A DNA stretch of 64,000 nt. It comes from Eukaryota sp. TZLM1-RC (taxonomy: Eukaryota > Protista > Metamonada: BaSk clade). The DNA is taken from the NCBI GenBank assembly GCA_040285825.1, contig JAUPSS010000001.1, positions 3,720,001-3,784,000 of the forward strand. Reading direction: 5' to 3'. Both the position numbers and the translations under genes were made by a program. Below are positions 34,720 through 47,038 of the stretch, in pieces. The notes under the pieces were generated by a model, which was not told where the DNA came from, searched no databases, and saw nothing but the letters and a program-made list of their open reading frames with translations. Numbering within the stretch: the first letter of the stretch is position 1; every line of letters starts with the position of its first letter.

Positions 34720-37517
34720 ATGACGACCTTTCAATACCCCTACTCATCATTTGCCAATGGACTCTTCCATAGCCAGGACTTCCATGATGTCACTCTTGTA
34801 TATAAACAACATGAATTCCCTCTTCATCGAGTTGCACTCTCTGTCTTCTCTTCATACCTCCGACACACATTCACCCTGCCTTTCGCCGAGGCAAACAGTG
34901 ATCGTATAGTGCTTCAAGATCTTCCCATTGATGTCACTGTTTTCCAAGACTTCATCAACGCTCTATATTGCCAGCCTCTTGAGATTACCAATGATAATGC
35001 TTTTGATCTTTACTACATTGCTGAATTCTTTGGATCCGCAGAAATAGTGGAGAGAGCTTTCACTTTCATTCAACACCTATCCTCTCCTCATCTTTTGAAT
35101 GTCATCCAAAGAGCTGATGACTGTGTTCATTACTCCTTCATCAAGAAGTGCTGTCCTTTGCTTGATAAGCTTACATTAGATCGCCCGCTAGTTTTGAAGG
35201 AAGAATCCTTTGAAGTTCTTTCTATGAATCTAACCACTACTGCTTCTATCAAATGGATGCTTCTTTCTATGGTAGATTCCTATGTCAAGGGTAGCAATTC
35301 TGTTGAAGATGTTGACAAAGTTTTGAAAAATTGTTTTGAATTGATTAAACAAATTGAAATTGAATTTATTTGGAATAAAGTTGTAAAAGTTTTTGGTAAT
35401 TTTGAAGATTTAACTGACGTTTTGCTGGAATTTTCAATCAAGTTATTACCAAATTTTGAGCCTTCAAAAACTAAAAATGATTGGTTATTTTGGTTATTAA
35501 TTACTGCCAATCAATTTGATTCGCATTTGATTGAGGAAGTGGTCAATCAAATTCCTGGTATGTTTGATCTTGGTGAACGTGAACATGTTGAGCTTAAACC
35601 AATCACTTTAATCAATCTTTCCGGTCAACTAAAGTCAATCAATCACGTGATGTGGTTGATTAAAAGTTTCGTAAAGTCATGGTCAAGTGACCAAATTTTC
35701 ACCACAGAAGAGGTCAAAAATGTACTGACTTTGTTAGAAGTCAAGAATATTCCATTTGATTTTTTTTATTTTGATCTTTTTTCTCCCTTGAAAATGGATA
35801 ATTCTTTATCCACTATTTTAATTGAACTTTCTATAAATTGTTTTGGAAATGTTAAAGATACAAATAAAATCCAAATTGGTTGGTTGAGACGATTGATCTT
35901 GCCGATCGTGAAAATTTCGATAGTGAAAATTTGAAAGTTTTTATGCCATAATTTAGCATCATCAATGCTGATCCCATTTCAATCAAACCTCAAACTTTAA
36001 AAAAATTGAAATCTGACAGTCAAATTAATTGTGAAGTTGATTATTGGTTACTAAACACCTTGGTCACGTCATATTCAACCCTGGCCAATCCAAGTCAAGG
36101 TAATTCTGATTGGAACGTTGAAATTTTTAAAGAATGTCTTTATTCTTTTGATTTTGATCAATTTACTTTTACAGACCTGGACCAAATTGTTTTAAATCCT
36201 TTGGAAAAATTTGTTGAACTTCATTCTATTTTGGTCACTTTTTCCGTCAAAATTATGAATAATAAAATTCACAAAACAAATCAATTCGCAGAAATTAAAG
36301 AAAAATCTTTTGAAAAGGTTATTTTTAAATTAAAAAGCAGCGAACTTGACAGAATGGTTGGTGTCAGGTTACGTCATCTTTTTCAATCAATTTTGATTGA
36401 TGGTGTGATTGATTTCAGTAGTACAAATGTTGAACCATCTGTAATTGATGATTTTGTTCACCAGTTTCATAATTCAAATAATTTATCAGCATTAATTTCA
36501 TTTTTGCAGCGTTTAAATTCCAATGAGCTGAAAGAAAAACTTATTGAAGCTTTTACGATTCATTTAACAGAACCAATTTCAAAGGCACAATTGGAAATGA
36601 TTTTAGGTCTTGAAATTAAACAAGAATTAAAACACAAATTGTTTATTTATTTTATTTCTAATATTAATTCAATTAACGTTCAAGATTTTGTTTGGATTTT
36701 GAATCTTGGTAATGAATTTACTTCTCAAATTGACTTTGAATCATTTATTACTAAGATAGAATTCAATGCCCTGTCTGAAATGGAATTCAAAACTTTGGTT
36801 GATTTTGCAATTAAATGTTCAAATTCTTGGTTATTAGGCCAGGTAGTTGATCATTATGAATTTGGTTCAATTCCCAATTGTTTCCCTATTTCGAGTGATT
36901 TATTATTAAATCTAAATCTTTCTAATTCAATTAATAAAAAGAAGAAAAAATGGTTGGAAGGGGTTATTGTAAGTAATTGTTCATTTGACATTATTGATCA
37001 ACTATGTCAAAAGTTATTGGGTAGGGAAACCAAATTCATGAAGTTTAATACAAATCAAAGTGGTTCTGGGATGGTGTTCTTAGAAGGTAATAGAAGGGTT
37101 TTGAATGATTGTTGCGATGATTGGAAGCATTGTAATTTTGCAGCAATTAATTATTTTTCTGGGGATTTTAAAGTTGCAATTAAAAAAATTAAAGATGGTG
37201 ACCGGGAACTTATTGGTTTTTGGACAATGGATGATATCAGAAACAACAGGCCATCTAATGGTGTCAGGTATCCTACCGATGGTTGTTCTGGTAATGGTGT
37301 CAGTTTTTCTCACTTTTTTGGGATCGCCAAATATACTTTACTGTGCCTCCCCCAAATGAACCAGGGAGACATTCTTTACATAACTATTCGTAATAATCGA
37401 GCTACTTTTTCACTAAGAGGAAGTAGTGATAGCAAACATATTCCTTTTGGTTCTGTGTTTGGTATATGGACTAGGTATAAGGGTAGTGAATACCAAATTG
37501 TAGATTATCATCGATAA
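34720..37517 (+). pseudogene. BTB/POZ-domain protein with a SPRY-like C-terminus, split into two ORFs (34720-35934 and 36006-37517)
   Basis: FHDVTL..FPLHRVAL..SSYL..F.EA BTB; frameshift near 35895 and in-frame TAA at 35949-35951; no convincing small intron. Two separate genes also possible. Confidence 0.6.
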
Positions 37518-38112
37518 AGATTTTCTATTATTTTTTGTAATTTTGTGTGGATCATCAAAATGAACAAAAAGCATTCTATAAATTCATTGCATAACTATTA
37601 GTCATCAGGAATCACAAACTGCCTATAAGATTTAGATTGAGTAGTGTCCTGATGTGGAAGAAAAATTGATTTTATTGCATCTTCATAGACCAGGAATTTT
37701 CAAAAAAAAATTTTGTTTATTTTTGATAAAATAAATTAAAAGAAAAAGCAGCATTTCTAGTAGAAACCTTAAAAAAACAATTGCAATAAATATTGCATGT
37801 TTTGCAACAATTGTCGTGCTCAAATTCATCAATAATTGTCAGTTTATTTCAATATTATCAATTATATTTTCCTAACCTTTATGTTGAACAATTACATTAG
37901 CAAAATGTACATCTTGTGTAACTAATCCTGATGAGTTATGCGAAGACCATCATGGTTTAGTCTTTATATGTGGATTCTTGCAAGATTATACTATTCAAAC
38001 AAATTTATTCAAACTCATAATTGTCATTTAAAGTGGTGCACTATTTTTGAAAAATTGCTACTTGTTTAAATGAAGAAAAAACTATGTTATACTTATTGAA
38101 AAAAACATTAAT

Positions 38113-38973
38113 TTATTTAGAAAGCGAATACAAAACAGCGCCCAAAATTGTAGTAATTATACCAAACGCATTTAACGAAGAGACAGAGTTTCCAAAAATA
38201 GCAACAGAGACCAAAATTGTCACCACCTGCTTAACCAAACCTAGTATTGTTAGCGTTAATGGTGAAGTGGCCTTGTTCACAAAGAAATTTGCTACATTCA
38301 AGCAAAACGCCAAGGTTCCTGACAATACCAAGAAACTAAGTGTCAGAGGTGTCATAATGGACGACAAGCTGTCAAATTCTCTAATCAGAGCGAGTGGGAA
38401 AAGGAACACCAACGACCACGGGGCCATGGTGTTGAGCAAGACGATAGGATGAACTTTAAGCTCCCCAACCAGAAACTTGTTTGAAACAACACATTTGAGC
38501 GCAGAGAGGAAAACCCCAAGTACAGCCAGCAAAGATGGTAGTAGACGAAAGTCGGATTCCCCAAAGAAAGCAATGACCATTCCACAGAACAGAATGGGTA
38601 AAGACCAGTAAACTTGTGAGTTGAAGCTCTTTGCAAGGATCAGAATCGATAATACAATGGTGAAAATGGGTGTGGTTGCTCGTATCGTTTGGGTCAGTGA
38701 TACTGTGATGGCTGCCAAACTGGAGTTGCCCACACTGATGTTGAGAAAGAAAAGTATCGAGAAGAGTATGATCAGATTCTTGTGTTTTCCTGAAATTGTG
38801 TGCGTTTTTAAGTTGGCATATCTTGTATAGATGGATGAAAGACCCCATGAGAAGAGTAAATGAACACAAGTGAGAAGCAGAGGTGCGTTGAAATGGACAA
38901 AAGAAAAACAAGCCTTGTTCAACAGTGTGACTCCTGTGTTGAGTGTTAGCCATGCGGTTACCCAGAACAGCAT
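38113..38973 (-). CDS. Triose-phosphate / nucleotide-sugar transporter (TPT, DMT superfamily)
   Basis: LLNK..F.APLLLT..H, GNSSL..VSLTQTIRA..P, TSPLT..G.VK; multiple TM helices. Confidence 0.88.
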   Translation of the reverse strand: MLFWVTAWLTLNTGVTLLNKACFSFVHFNAPLLLTCVHLLFSWGLSSIYTRYANLKTHTISGKHKNLIILFSILFFLNISVGNSSLAAITVSLTQTIRATTPIFTIVLSILILAKSFNSQVYWSLPILFCGMVIAFFGESDFRLLPSLLAVLGVFLSALKCVVSNKFLVGELKVHPIVLLNTMAPWSLVFLFPLALIREFDSLSSIMTPLTLSFLVLSGTLAFCLNVANFFVNKATSPLTLTILGLVKQVVTILVSVAIFGNSVSSLNAFGIITTILGAVLYSLSK

Positions 38974-39169
38974 GTCGTCACTTGAAGAGTTGATAACTGT
39001 TGATCAATGATATATCCTAATGAGATACCTGCATTCTTTCATTGACACAATACCAGTTGAAAGCGAATGTCATGACGACGAGCTGAAGAAATGATGTGAT
39101 TATATACCCAACTGTTAGTCAGATTTAAATTTCAAATCTTGAAATGTGGTTGATAGTTTTGTTAACTAT

Positions 39170-40900
39170 TTATTGAATTTGCACACTTAATTAAATTAAC
39201 TCATAACTAATGGGACGACTATCATTGAACCAAGATTTCCTCTACAAAATCTTGATCTGCTTGCTGTCTAGCTAAAGCTCCTCTTATTGGATTGAAAAAC
39301 CGAGGTAATCTATTAATGATGGCAAATTGAATCCGTGAGCGCCATAAAAAAATATCAAATCTTTTCATTGTTTTTTCTTGAACCATTTTTTGGAAGTCAT
39401 TCAAAAAAGTTTCTGCTTCATCTGATAATCTTCCATTTATCGAAAATGGGAAAGCAATAAAAACCAGCTGTGTATTTCTATCGACATTAGCCTCTTCAAT
39501 ATCTTTATCATATTTTTTATGTTTCTCTTTTGCTTTAAAATCCAGAATAGTCACAGGATTAAGTTTTCTTCTTTGAACCAAAGTGTCATTTGCAACATTA
39601 CATGAGACAAAGTCAACAACAGCTTCAGAGTTCTCAATCCAATCACAGTATACATCACCTCTATCATCAGAACCAAAATTATTCAGAGACAGTGTTTCCT
39701 TCAGCAGAGGCTCTTTGATACACGATATTCTTGCAGTTTGTGCCATATTGAAAACAGTGTATCTAACAGCATCATGTAATGAAGAACGATAAGTTATCAA
39801 TTTAGAGCAATTTAGAGCATGGCGCAAAGAGAGTTGAGGTGAATTCGATCAAATACATTTTTCTTTTGATAATAATTGATTAATCGGGATATTCAAATAT
39901 AATCTCATTTTAGTTACAAATGCTTCATTAGTGGCACACAATCCAAATCTTCGTGGTATAATGGTTACAAAAAGTGAAGAGTATGATGGCTTATTTTCAC
40001 AAACACACTTTTCCAATAACAATGAGTGAAGATCTTGATTTAAAACAGCCGGGCTGCATATATTATTATAAAGATCATTTTCATACGTTCCAGTCAATCG
40101 TTTCTGCAATGTTCGAAGAGTATCTTTTAAATTTAACACATTCTTTTGGGGAATATTGCCATTGAATGATTGGGGAAAGTATCAACTCCATTTTTCTGTA
40201 TCAATTTTTGAAATCTCTTCATTTAATACAAAAACAGTGGAACTTTGCGTTGTCATCAACAAATCTTCCCAATCTGCAAATCTTTCGGAAAACTCAAAAA
40301 TTGCATTTCTGCATCCACCGATAAAAGCACATGAAGTAAGAATAGAAGCCTTCGTCCAACCTAAACCGCCATAATGTGGATTAAGATAAACATGATCTGG
40401 AATTTGAAACATTTTACATCCCAGTAATTGTGACAAAATTTTTGCACGTAATTCATTAAACTTCTGAGCCAAAGGTCTAGTGACAAGAGGATTTGTAGAT
40501 CGAAATATATGATTGAAGTTGGAACTAAAACACAGTCTTATAATGGTGAATTTGATATGTTTCTGTATATCTAAAGTCATCATTCGGTCAATTTTATCGA
40601 CAATCCAAATCTTCGTGGTACAATGGTTACCACATTTTTATGTTGAATACAATTCCCCCAAACATTCCCAATTTCAGTTTTCCCCCGAAACTCCCCCAAA
40701 TTATATGCCCCAAACAACATGCTATTGTGGATATAATCCCATTGCCCACCTTTTGTGATGTCTCTTTCTGCTCGCCGCATCAATTCTGATACTTTGCTTT
40801 CTTTTGGATCTGACTGTGAAAAAGTTGGAGCTGGTGTTTTTGTTTTGGAAGTGATGGATTTTTTAGAAGTCCAACATTTCGTGCTTTTAATTGCAAATGG
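39170..40900 (-). mobile_element. Retrotransposon family C, internally deleted or rearranged
   Basis: HALNC, DRGDV..VDF..KEKHKKY RLE (39222-39827); HIFRS..GGLG (40182-40583); 5' limit uncertain. Confidence 0.85.
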
Positions 40901-41389
40901 AATAACTGCTACACTACATTTTAGTGGATGTAATAGTGTTTTTGAGCACAGCACCCTCTTCCCCCTGTCCATTTACTTTAGGTTGTTGGTGTTATCCATC
41001 AAAATTTTTAAGCGTAAAACAATTGGCAATTCAGATATTTACTGAGATGCGCCAATTGAATTGAATCTTCCTTCATATCCTTTAAATGTGAACTAAAGAT
41101 CAGAAGTCACTGACATCAATGTTGCATTGCTCCACAGAACTAACTTAAAAAATAATCAAGAGTTTCATCTTTTGCCAAAAAGATATTGCTTCTTTTATCG
41201 TATGATTTAAATTAATTTAAACTTATGTTCATTTTCATTGCTTAAACAATCTTAGCTCTAATTTTGAAAATGGCTTCAATTCAACTCTCTACTTGAATAT
41301 TAAAAGTAATATTTCCATAGAATTTTTTATTTACTTTTTTGGTCCATGTTAATATTTTTAATTCAGATATTTTATATTTATATATATTA

Positions 41390-41700
41390 AGTTGAGATAT
41401 TAAATGATTTAAATAAGAACCTTTACTCGAAGTTTTCGTTTGTTCCTTTTGCCTTCTCGATTTTTGGCAACATTGGACAATCCGCCTTGAATTTTCTCAA
41501 TGATTTTGGTAATTTATGTCGTTCAAGTGGTAAGAATTTTACAGGGAATTCATGGAAGAATCGTATCATTTTTGCTTTGTATAGAAGTGTTCCCAAGTAC
41601 TTGAGTTTAATGATGTCCAAACATTATAAGGATTCATCAAGATTTGGCGTGGAGAATTTTGTTTCTTATGTGTTTTAGTTTGTTTTGTTTTGTTTCTTCG
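41390..41700 (+). mobile_element. 3' fragment of family D retrotransposon
   Basis: Near-identical to ~5705-6020. Confidence 0.85.
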
Positions 41701-41784
41701 TATATATGTTTAATTTTTTTTTCAATTTAGATAATTTAGACAATTTTTAAATTTTATTTTAAAATTTTATTTATTGTAAATAAT

Positions 41785-42408
41785 AATTTATTGAATTTGC
41801 ACACTTGATTAAATTAAATCATAACTAATGGGACGACTATCATTAAACCAAGATTTCCTCTACAAAATCTTGATTTGCTTGCTGTCTAGCTAAAGCTTCT
41901 CTAATTCGATTGAAAAACCGCGGTAATCTATTAATAATGGCAAATTGAATCCGTGAACGCCATAAAAAAATATCAAATCTTTTCATTGTTTTTTCTTTCA
42001 CCATTTTTTGGAAGTCATCCAAAAAGTTTCTGCTTCAACTGATAATCTTCCATTTATCGAAAATGGAAAAGCAATAAAAACCAGCTGTGTATTTCTATCG
42101 ATATTTGCATCTTCAATTTCTTTATCATATTTTCTATGTTTTTCTTTTGCTTTAAAATCCAGAGCAGCCACAGGATTAAGTTTTCTTCTGTGAACCAAAG
42201 TATTGTTTGCAACATTACATGAGACAAAGTCAACAATAGCTTCAGAATTATCAATCCAATCACAGTATACATCACCTCTATCATCAGAACCAAAATTATT
42301 CAGAGAAAGTGTTTCTTTCAGCAGGGGCTCTTTGATACACGATATCCTTGCAGTTTGTGCCATATTGAAAACAGTGTCTCTAACAGCATCATGTAATGAA
42401 GAACGTAA
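41785..42408 (-). mobile_element. 5'-truncated family C retrotransposon (RLE only)
   Basis: Close homologue of 39170-39790. Confidence 0.88.
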
Positions 42409-42454
42409 ATAATTTAAATAAAAATTTTGTGAATATTTATTAACAAGTCAAGAC

Positions 42455-43084
42455 TTACACTTCATTTTTGGACTCATCCTTCTGCTCTGGTGCTGGTGCA
42501 GGCGACGGTGGGATAACCTCTTGCTTGGCACTTCTTTTAATTCTAAAACCTCGCTTCACCTCAAAGGACATCCTTTCACGCAGGTCCACTGGAGCCATGA
42601 TCTTGTCAAATTCTTCTTCATCAATGGCAGCGTTACCATCAGCATCAGCCTCTGTCATTGCTTTCTTTGCAATAACATCAAGTTCTTCCTCTGACATAAG
42701 TTCATTCATCAGTAGTCGAAGCACGGCAACGAGATCACAGTGAGTAATTTCACCAGAGTTGTCCACGTCATACATCTTGAAAGCAGCTTTGATTTTGAGG
42801 CTCTGGGGACTTTTGGCAGAGAATGGCTTTAGAGTTTCTAGCATATCTTCAAAGGTTAGCTTTTCCTTTTCGTGAGGACAGAGGGCTAGAACTCTAGCCC
42901 GCAGAGGATTGTTAACAAGTTCGGGAAGCCATAAGAGTTCCGACCGGGTGATGTGATCATCTTTGTCAGTATCAAGTGCAAGGAATCTGTTGTGTAAGTT
43001 GGTGATTTCCGATGTGGAGAAGTTAAAGCGACTGTTGAGATCTTGCCTTTGCTCTAGTGAGAGCTTTGAAGTGGTTCCACCCAT
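42455..43084 (-). CDS. Calcineurin B / CHP-like EF-hand protein with N-myristoylation motif
   Basis: MGGTTSK, RF..LD, PEL..NPL..R, AFKMYDVDNSGEI, ADADGNAAIDEEEF. Confidence 0.85.
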   Translation of the reverse strand: MGGTTSKLSLEQRQDLNSRFNFSTSEITNLHNRFLALDTDKDDHITRSELLWLPELVNNPLRARVLALCPHEKEKLTFEDMLETLKPFSAKSPQSLKIKAAFKMYDVDNSGEITHCDLVAVLRLLMNELMSEEELDVIAKKAMTEADADGNAAIDEEEFDKIMAPVDLRERMSFEVKRGFRIKRSAKQEVIPPSPAPAPEQKDESKNEV

Positions 43085-43125
43085 GTTTTGAAGAACAAAA
43101 TAAAATTTAGAAAATTTCACTTTCA

Positions 43126-43457
43126 ACTGTGAATTTCACTTATCATGCATTCCACTATAAAATTCACTCCTGTTTTCAACTTTCTCAATGTCTACTCACA
43201 AGCTGTAAGAGACATGTAGCGTCATTCGACAAAGACAATCATGATCTTCATCAATGGGCTACCGCACTTAAATACACCTACTGCTTTCACAGAACAAAGC
43301 CTCGCGGCTTGATGTATCTAAGTGGATCTACCAAACGCTACTAAGCTATTTGTAGATCGGTCTCAAAAGATTTTCAAAAAAATTAAAAAAATAAAAAACT
43401 CAAAATAAAATATAAGTTTTTCCAAAATTTTAGTTTCTGTATGCTCAGGTTCCCCAA
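43126..43457 (-). ncRNA. Candidate Fanzor omegaRNA scaffold (uninterrupted copy)
   Basis: Hairpin at 43325-43358 and terminal stem at 43129-43167; homology with copy 1 ends sharply at 43126. Confidence 0.6.
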
Positions 43458-43570
43458 TCATCTCCTCAACAGAGCTTCTGGGCAAATGTATCTTTCCGGC
43501 CACAATTCCGCTTTCTTCTTAATTTGAATATTTTTTGCTGCCTGAATATCTCTGTCATATACTATCTGTC
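43126..43570 (-). mobile_element. 3'-end copy of the Fanzor1 element (last ~36 codons plus candidate omegaRNA)
   Basis: Encodes QIVYDRDIQAAKNI..LLRR*; closely similar to 8707-9320. Confidence 0.85.
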
Positions 43571-43845
43571 TTTTCATAGTTTTTTCTTGAAACATTCTGT
43601 GGAAGTCATTCAAAAAAGTTTCCGCTTCTACTGATAGGCTTCCGTTTATCGAAAATGGGAAAGCAATAAAAACTAGTGGTGTATTTCTATCAGAATTAAT
43701 CTCTTCGATATCTTTGTCTTATTTTCTATGTTTTTCTTTAGCTTTAAATTCAAGAGCACCTATAAAATTAAGTTTTCTTCTTTGAACCAAACTGTCATTT
43801 GCAACATTACAGGAAACAAAGTCAACAACAGCATCAGAGTTGAGA
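43571..43845 (-). mobile_element. Family C retrotransposon RLE fragment abutting the Fanzor remnant
   Basis: Similar to 39360-39635. Confidence 0.8.
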
Positions 43846-44185
43846 ACTCAATTCAACAATAACTGGGAGAGCACAATCATCAAAAGAGCCTTCAACACCA
43901 CCAAATCTCACATCAGCTGTAACTTCCCTTCAGCTGTAACGTCACATTGATTTGATTTCAAATTACCTTGAAAAATTTAATTAATAACAATTCACTTGAT
44001 ATCGTACCTTTAAATTGTGGCTTTTCATTTTAAAATTCCAGAATTCCAAATACCTAATGAAACACTTAAAGAATTCCATCAGTACTCACTGGAATTACGG
44101 AATTCTAGGATTAATGACAATTCAATTAAATATGAGCGTTTATGGAAATCTCTTGGGAAATTTGTTGCAAAAATTTTACCCTCTG

Positions 44186-45925
44186 ATGACTGAAGATCCC
44201 ACAGATCACCAAACTCCACAACTCAATGACACAGAAGATCATGAAACCGATGAAAAGCAAGTTGATGTGGCTTTAAAGGTCGTATCTGGCGATGAAGAAC
44301 TAATTGACGATGATCTCAAACCTGTGAAGTTCTCTTCCAGAATCGAGGTGTTCACCAGCATGTTATCATGGGCTTTTCTCCCTCTGAAGCGAACAGTTGT
44401 TGAGATTGAACGTGTTTTCGGTTCTTCATGCGCTTATTACTTTTCGCTCACCCGATCTGTACTTGGTGCAATTTTCTTGCTTGGATTGTTGTCTGGATCA
44501 CTACTTTATCGTCATATCAAGGAATTATGGGAAAATGATCAATCAGCCTTAGTCTTCCTCGATGGCCTCTACCCTGGATTCTTCCTGCCCTCAACATTGT
44601 CTCCTGATTTAAGAGATCATTGGGCTGTTTTCATCACATTTGGTTACTTTATTGTCATTATTTTCGTTGGAATGTTCATTGTATTCTCTAGTCGTTTGAT
44701 GTACCGCCATAGAGCTATCAGTGAAGGTAAGACGGTCGATACCCCAACCTTTATGAATCTAATCTATTCGTGGAATTGGAATCAACACTCTGAAGACGAA
44801 GTTGACCATGAACGGAATGTCATGAATGAAAACCTCAAAATTGCCCTCACCGAAGAGGATGTCCGAATTCAACAACTCAAGGAAAAGAAGAAAGGTGCTT
44901 CTGGATGGGTTAAGTTGAAGCGAACATTAGCTCTTCTTTTGTTGTTGGTTTGGGCTCTCCTCATTGCAGGCATCGTCATGTTCCTGGTTCAGTACGAACC
45001 CCAAGAATCTGACGAAGATGGATGGTTTGAAATGGGTGTTTCACTCTTTGTTTCATCATTGATCGTACTGATTAATTTGGCAAGTCCCATTATCTGTAAT
45101 TGGATTGTTGCACTTGATTGTGAACACGATCCCGCAAAACGTTCTGCTAATCGGTTGTCCTTGCTGTTTTACTTTAGAATTCTCACACTCTTTCCCATGA
45201 TTTTTGATTTTGTACTAATCTTTCTCTTCCGTGACGATGAAAATACCCATTGTCCTCTCAATTTTGCCGCCAAAAATATTCAGAATTTAATGTTTGTGGC
45301 ATTTGTTTTAGATATTGTTATTCCTCTTTCTCTTAGATTGGCACTCAACTTGCTTAAATTCATCAGAGGTGCCTATAAGGGAAAGTCTTTTGAGGAGAAA
45401 ATCCAAATGCGTCCTGAATTTAATTATCAAGATTTTGCACTCAAACTCATGTATCACTATGTGTTGACCATTTTGTCTCTTCCTTTTAGTCCATTTACAC
45501 CAATAATATCGTTTTTCCTTGCGTACATCAATGCCAAGTATGTCAAGTGGTTCATGAAAAAGTTTTTGAGACCTCCAAAGAATACTCTTCGGACCGAAGA
45601 GTCGAGATTCACTTTCTCTCTTTATTTGATGGGTTTAATGATCTTTTCAGGTTTTGTTTTGACTGGTTTTGTCAGTTTTCAGCATCCATGTGGTGCCTTC
45701 TTTGATGCTGATGAGGATCTCCATAAAGCTCCCATGTACCACAACATACTACTCCATCCTATGTTTTGGGTTCCCATGGCGTTTGTATTTTTTGCATGGT
45801 TTAGGTCTAGTGTTGGTTTTACCAAGTCGCAATGTTATAGAGAACAACTGATTCTCAGAAAGAAGGCAGCAAATGCTGCTATAAGTGATCTTAAAAAGAA
45901 ATTAATTGAGAGCCAAAATGCATAG
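44186..45925 (+). CDS. TMC (transmembrane channel-like) family protein
   Basis: IERVFGSSCAYYF TMC motif, multiple TM helices, PEFN..L.Y..PFSPF TMC-domain-like segment; start assigned to MTEDP. Confidence 0.75.
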   Translation: MTEDPTDHQTPQLNDTEDHETDEKQVDVALKVVSGDEELIDDDLKPVKFSSRIEVFTSMLSWAFLPLKRTVVEIERVFGSSCAYYFSLTRSVLGAIFLLGLLSGSLLYRHIKELWENDQSALVFLDGLYPGFFLPSTLSPDLRDHWAVFITFGYFIVIIFVGMFIVFSSRLMYRHRAISEGKTVDTPTFMNLIYSWNWNQHSEDEVDHERNVMNENLKIALTEEDVRIQQLKEKKKGASGWVKLKRTLALLLLLVWALLIAGIVMFLVQYEPQESDEDGWFEMGVSLFVSSLIVLINLASPIICNWIVALDCEHDPAKRSANRLSLLFYFRILTLFPMIFDFVLIFLFRDDENTHCPLNFAAKNIQNLMFVAFVLDIVIPLSLRLALNLLKFIRGAYKGKSFEEKIQMRPEFNYQDFALKLMYHYVLTILSLPFSPFTPIISFFLAYINAKYVKWFMKKFLRPPKNTLRTEESRFTFSLYLMGLMIFSGFVLTGFVSFQHPCGAFFDADEDLHKAPMYHNILLHPMFWVPMAFVFFAWFRSSVGFTKSQCYREQLILRKKAANAAISDLKKKLIESQNA

Positions 45926-47038
45926 ATGTTTGTTTTACTAAAATTTTCTGTTATACCTTTTTCACAATTACAGATTTAACTCAACAGAATTTTCCTCACT
46001 GGAACATTGTTATCAATTGATTCTCAAACAACACTAGAAATAGCAGAAACTGTCAGTCCTCAGGGTCATCGTAGCAGAATTTGCTTCGGATGTCTAGAAA
46101 TATGACGATCAGTAGATCCAAATAAATGATTGAAGATGTTTTTGGTTTGACCCAATTTCATTGTTTGGACAAACGATCCTGAATGAGGAATAGCATCAGA
46201 TGAATTAAAATTGGTTGTACATTCCATTTCACCAAATATAATCGCAACTGGAAAATTTGAAAGTAACACACTGTAAGTGGGTTCATTAGGGCACCAATTT
46301 TTTTGGTTAAGTCTTCAAAACATAAATTTGTATTACTCCGTATCAAATCAACTATAAGAACTGAATCATCCATGTAGATAATCACAAAGCTTAACATCTG
46401 TTTTATTTACTTTGTCTATCTTATTAAACACTATTTAAAAAGTTCGTCAATAACACTAGACAATTAACTGATGATATCGATACATACAATGTAATATGAC
46501 ACAGTGAGTCTTTTCCCATGATTTTTCTTCAAAAAAGAAAATAATTTCTAATGCCACCAATTGATTACTTTTTGAAATGACTACCAATTGTTTGTGCTGA
46601 AAACAGAAAACATAATCACTATTTATGCCACCAATCTGAACTACACCTATCTCGATTAGAATTAACACCCATTAGAAGCTCCCTTTGCAGTTGCACTCCG
46701 ATCAAGTTGCATCAAATTCGCACTCCTTAATTAATTAATCGATCGTTGTTATAAACTGTGCTGGAAGTAATTAGGGGATGAATCACATTCCATATTTTCC
46801 TCTATAAAAGTCTGATCTGCTGGTCTTCTAGTCAAAGCTGCTTTTTTATTCAATGCTCAAATCAATATCATACGCAAGTGTTGAAAAATTGCAACCTGAC
46901 ACCATGTGTATATATTTCAACAAATTGGAAAGTTTCATAGACAAACCTTATTCTATATTGTGTACGATAAGATAAAATCAATATGAAATAAAATCAATTT
47001 ATAAAACACTTTGACACAAAAACAATTCAAAATTTAAT

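Noticed and set aside
35880-36006. Small intron joining the two BTB ORFs
   Set aside because: No 27-36 nt GT-AG segment restores the frame; only a ~74-nt candidate with an atypical donor would
39000-39130. Possible box C/D snoRNA (ATGATG/CTGA-like words)
   Set aside because: Boxes are not in a convincing order and there is no terminal stem or recognisable guide
43129-43344. 71-aa plus-strand ORF in the Fanzor 3' region
   Set aside because: No true ATG start, and the frame is interrupted in the other copy; conservation is better explained by RNA or element-end constraint
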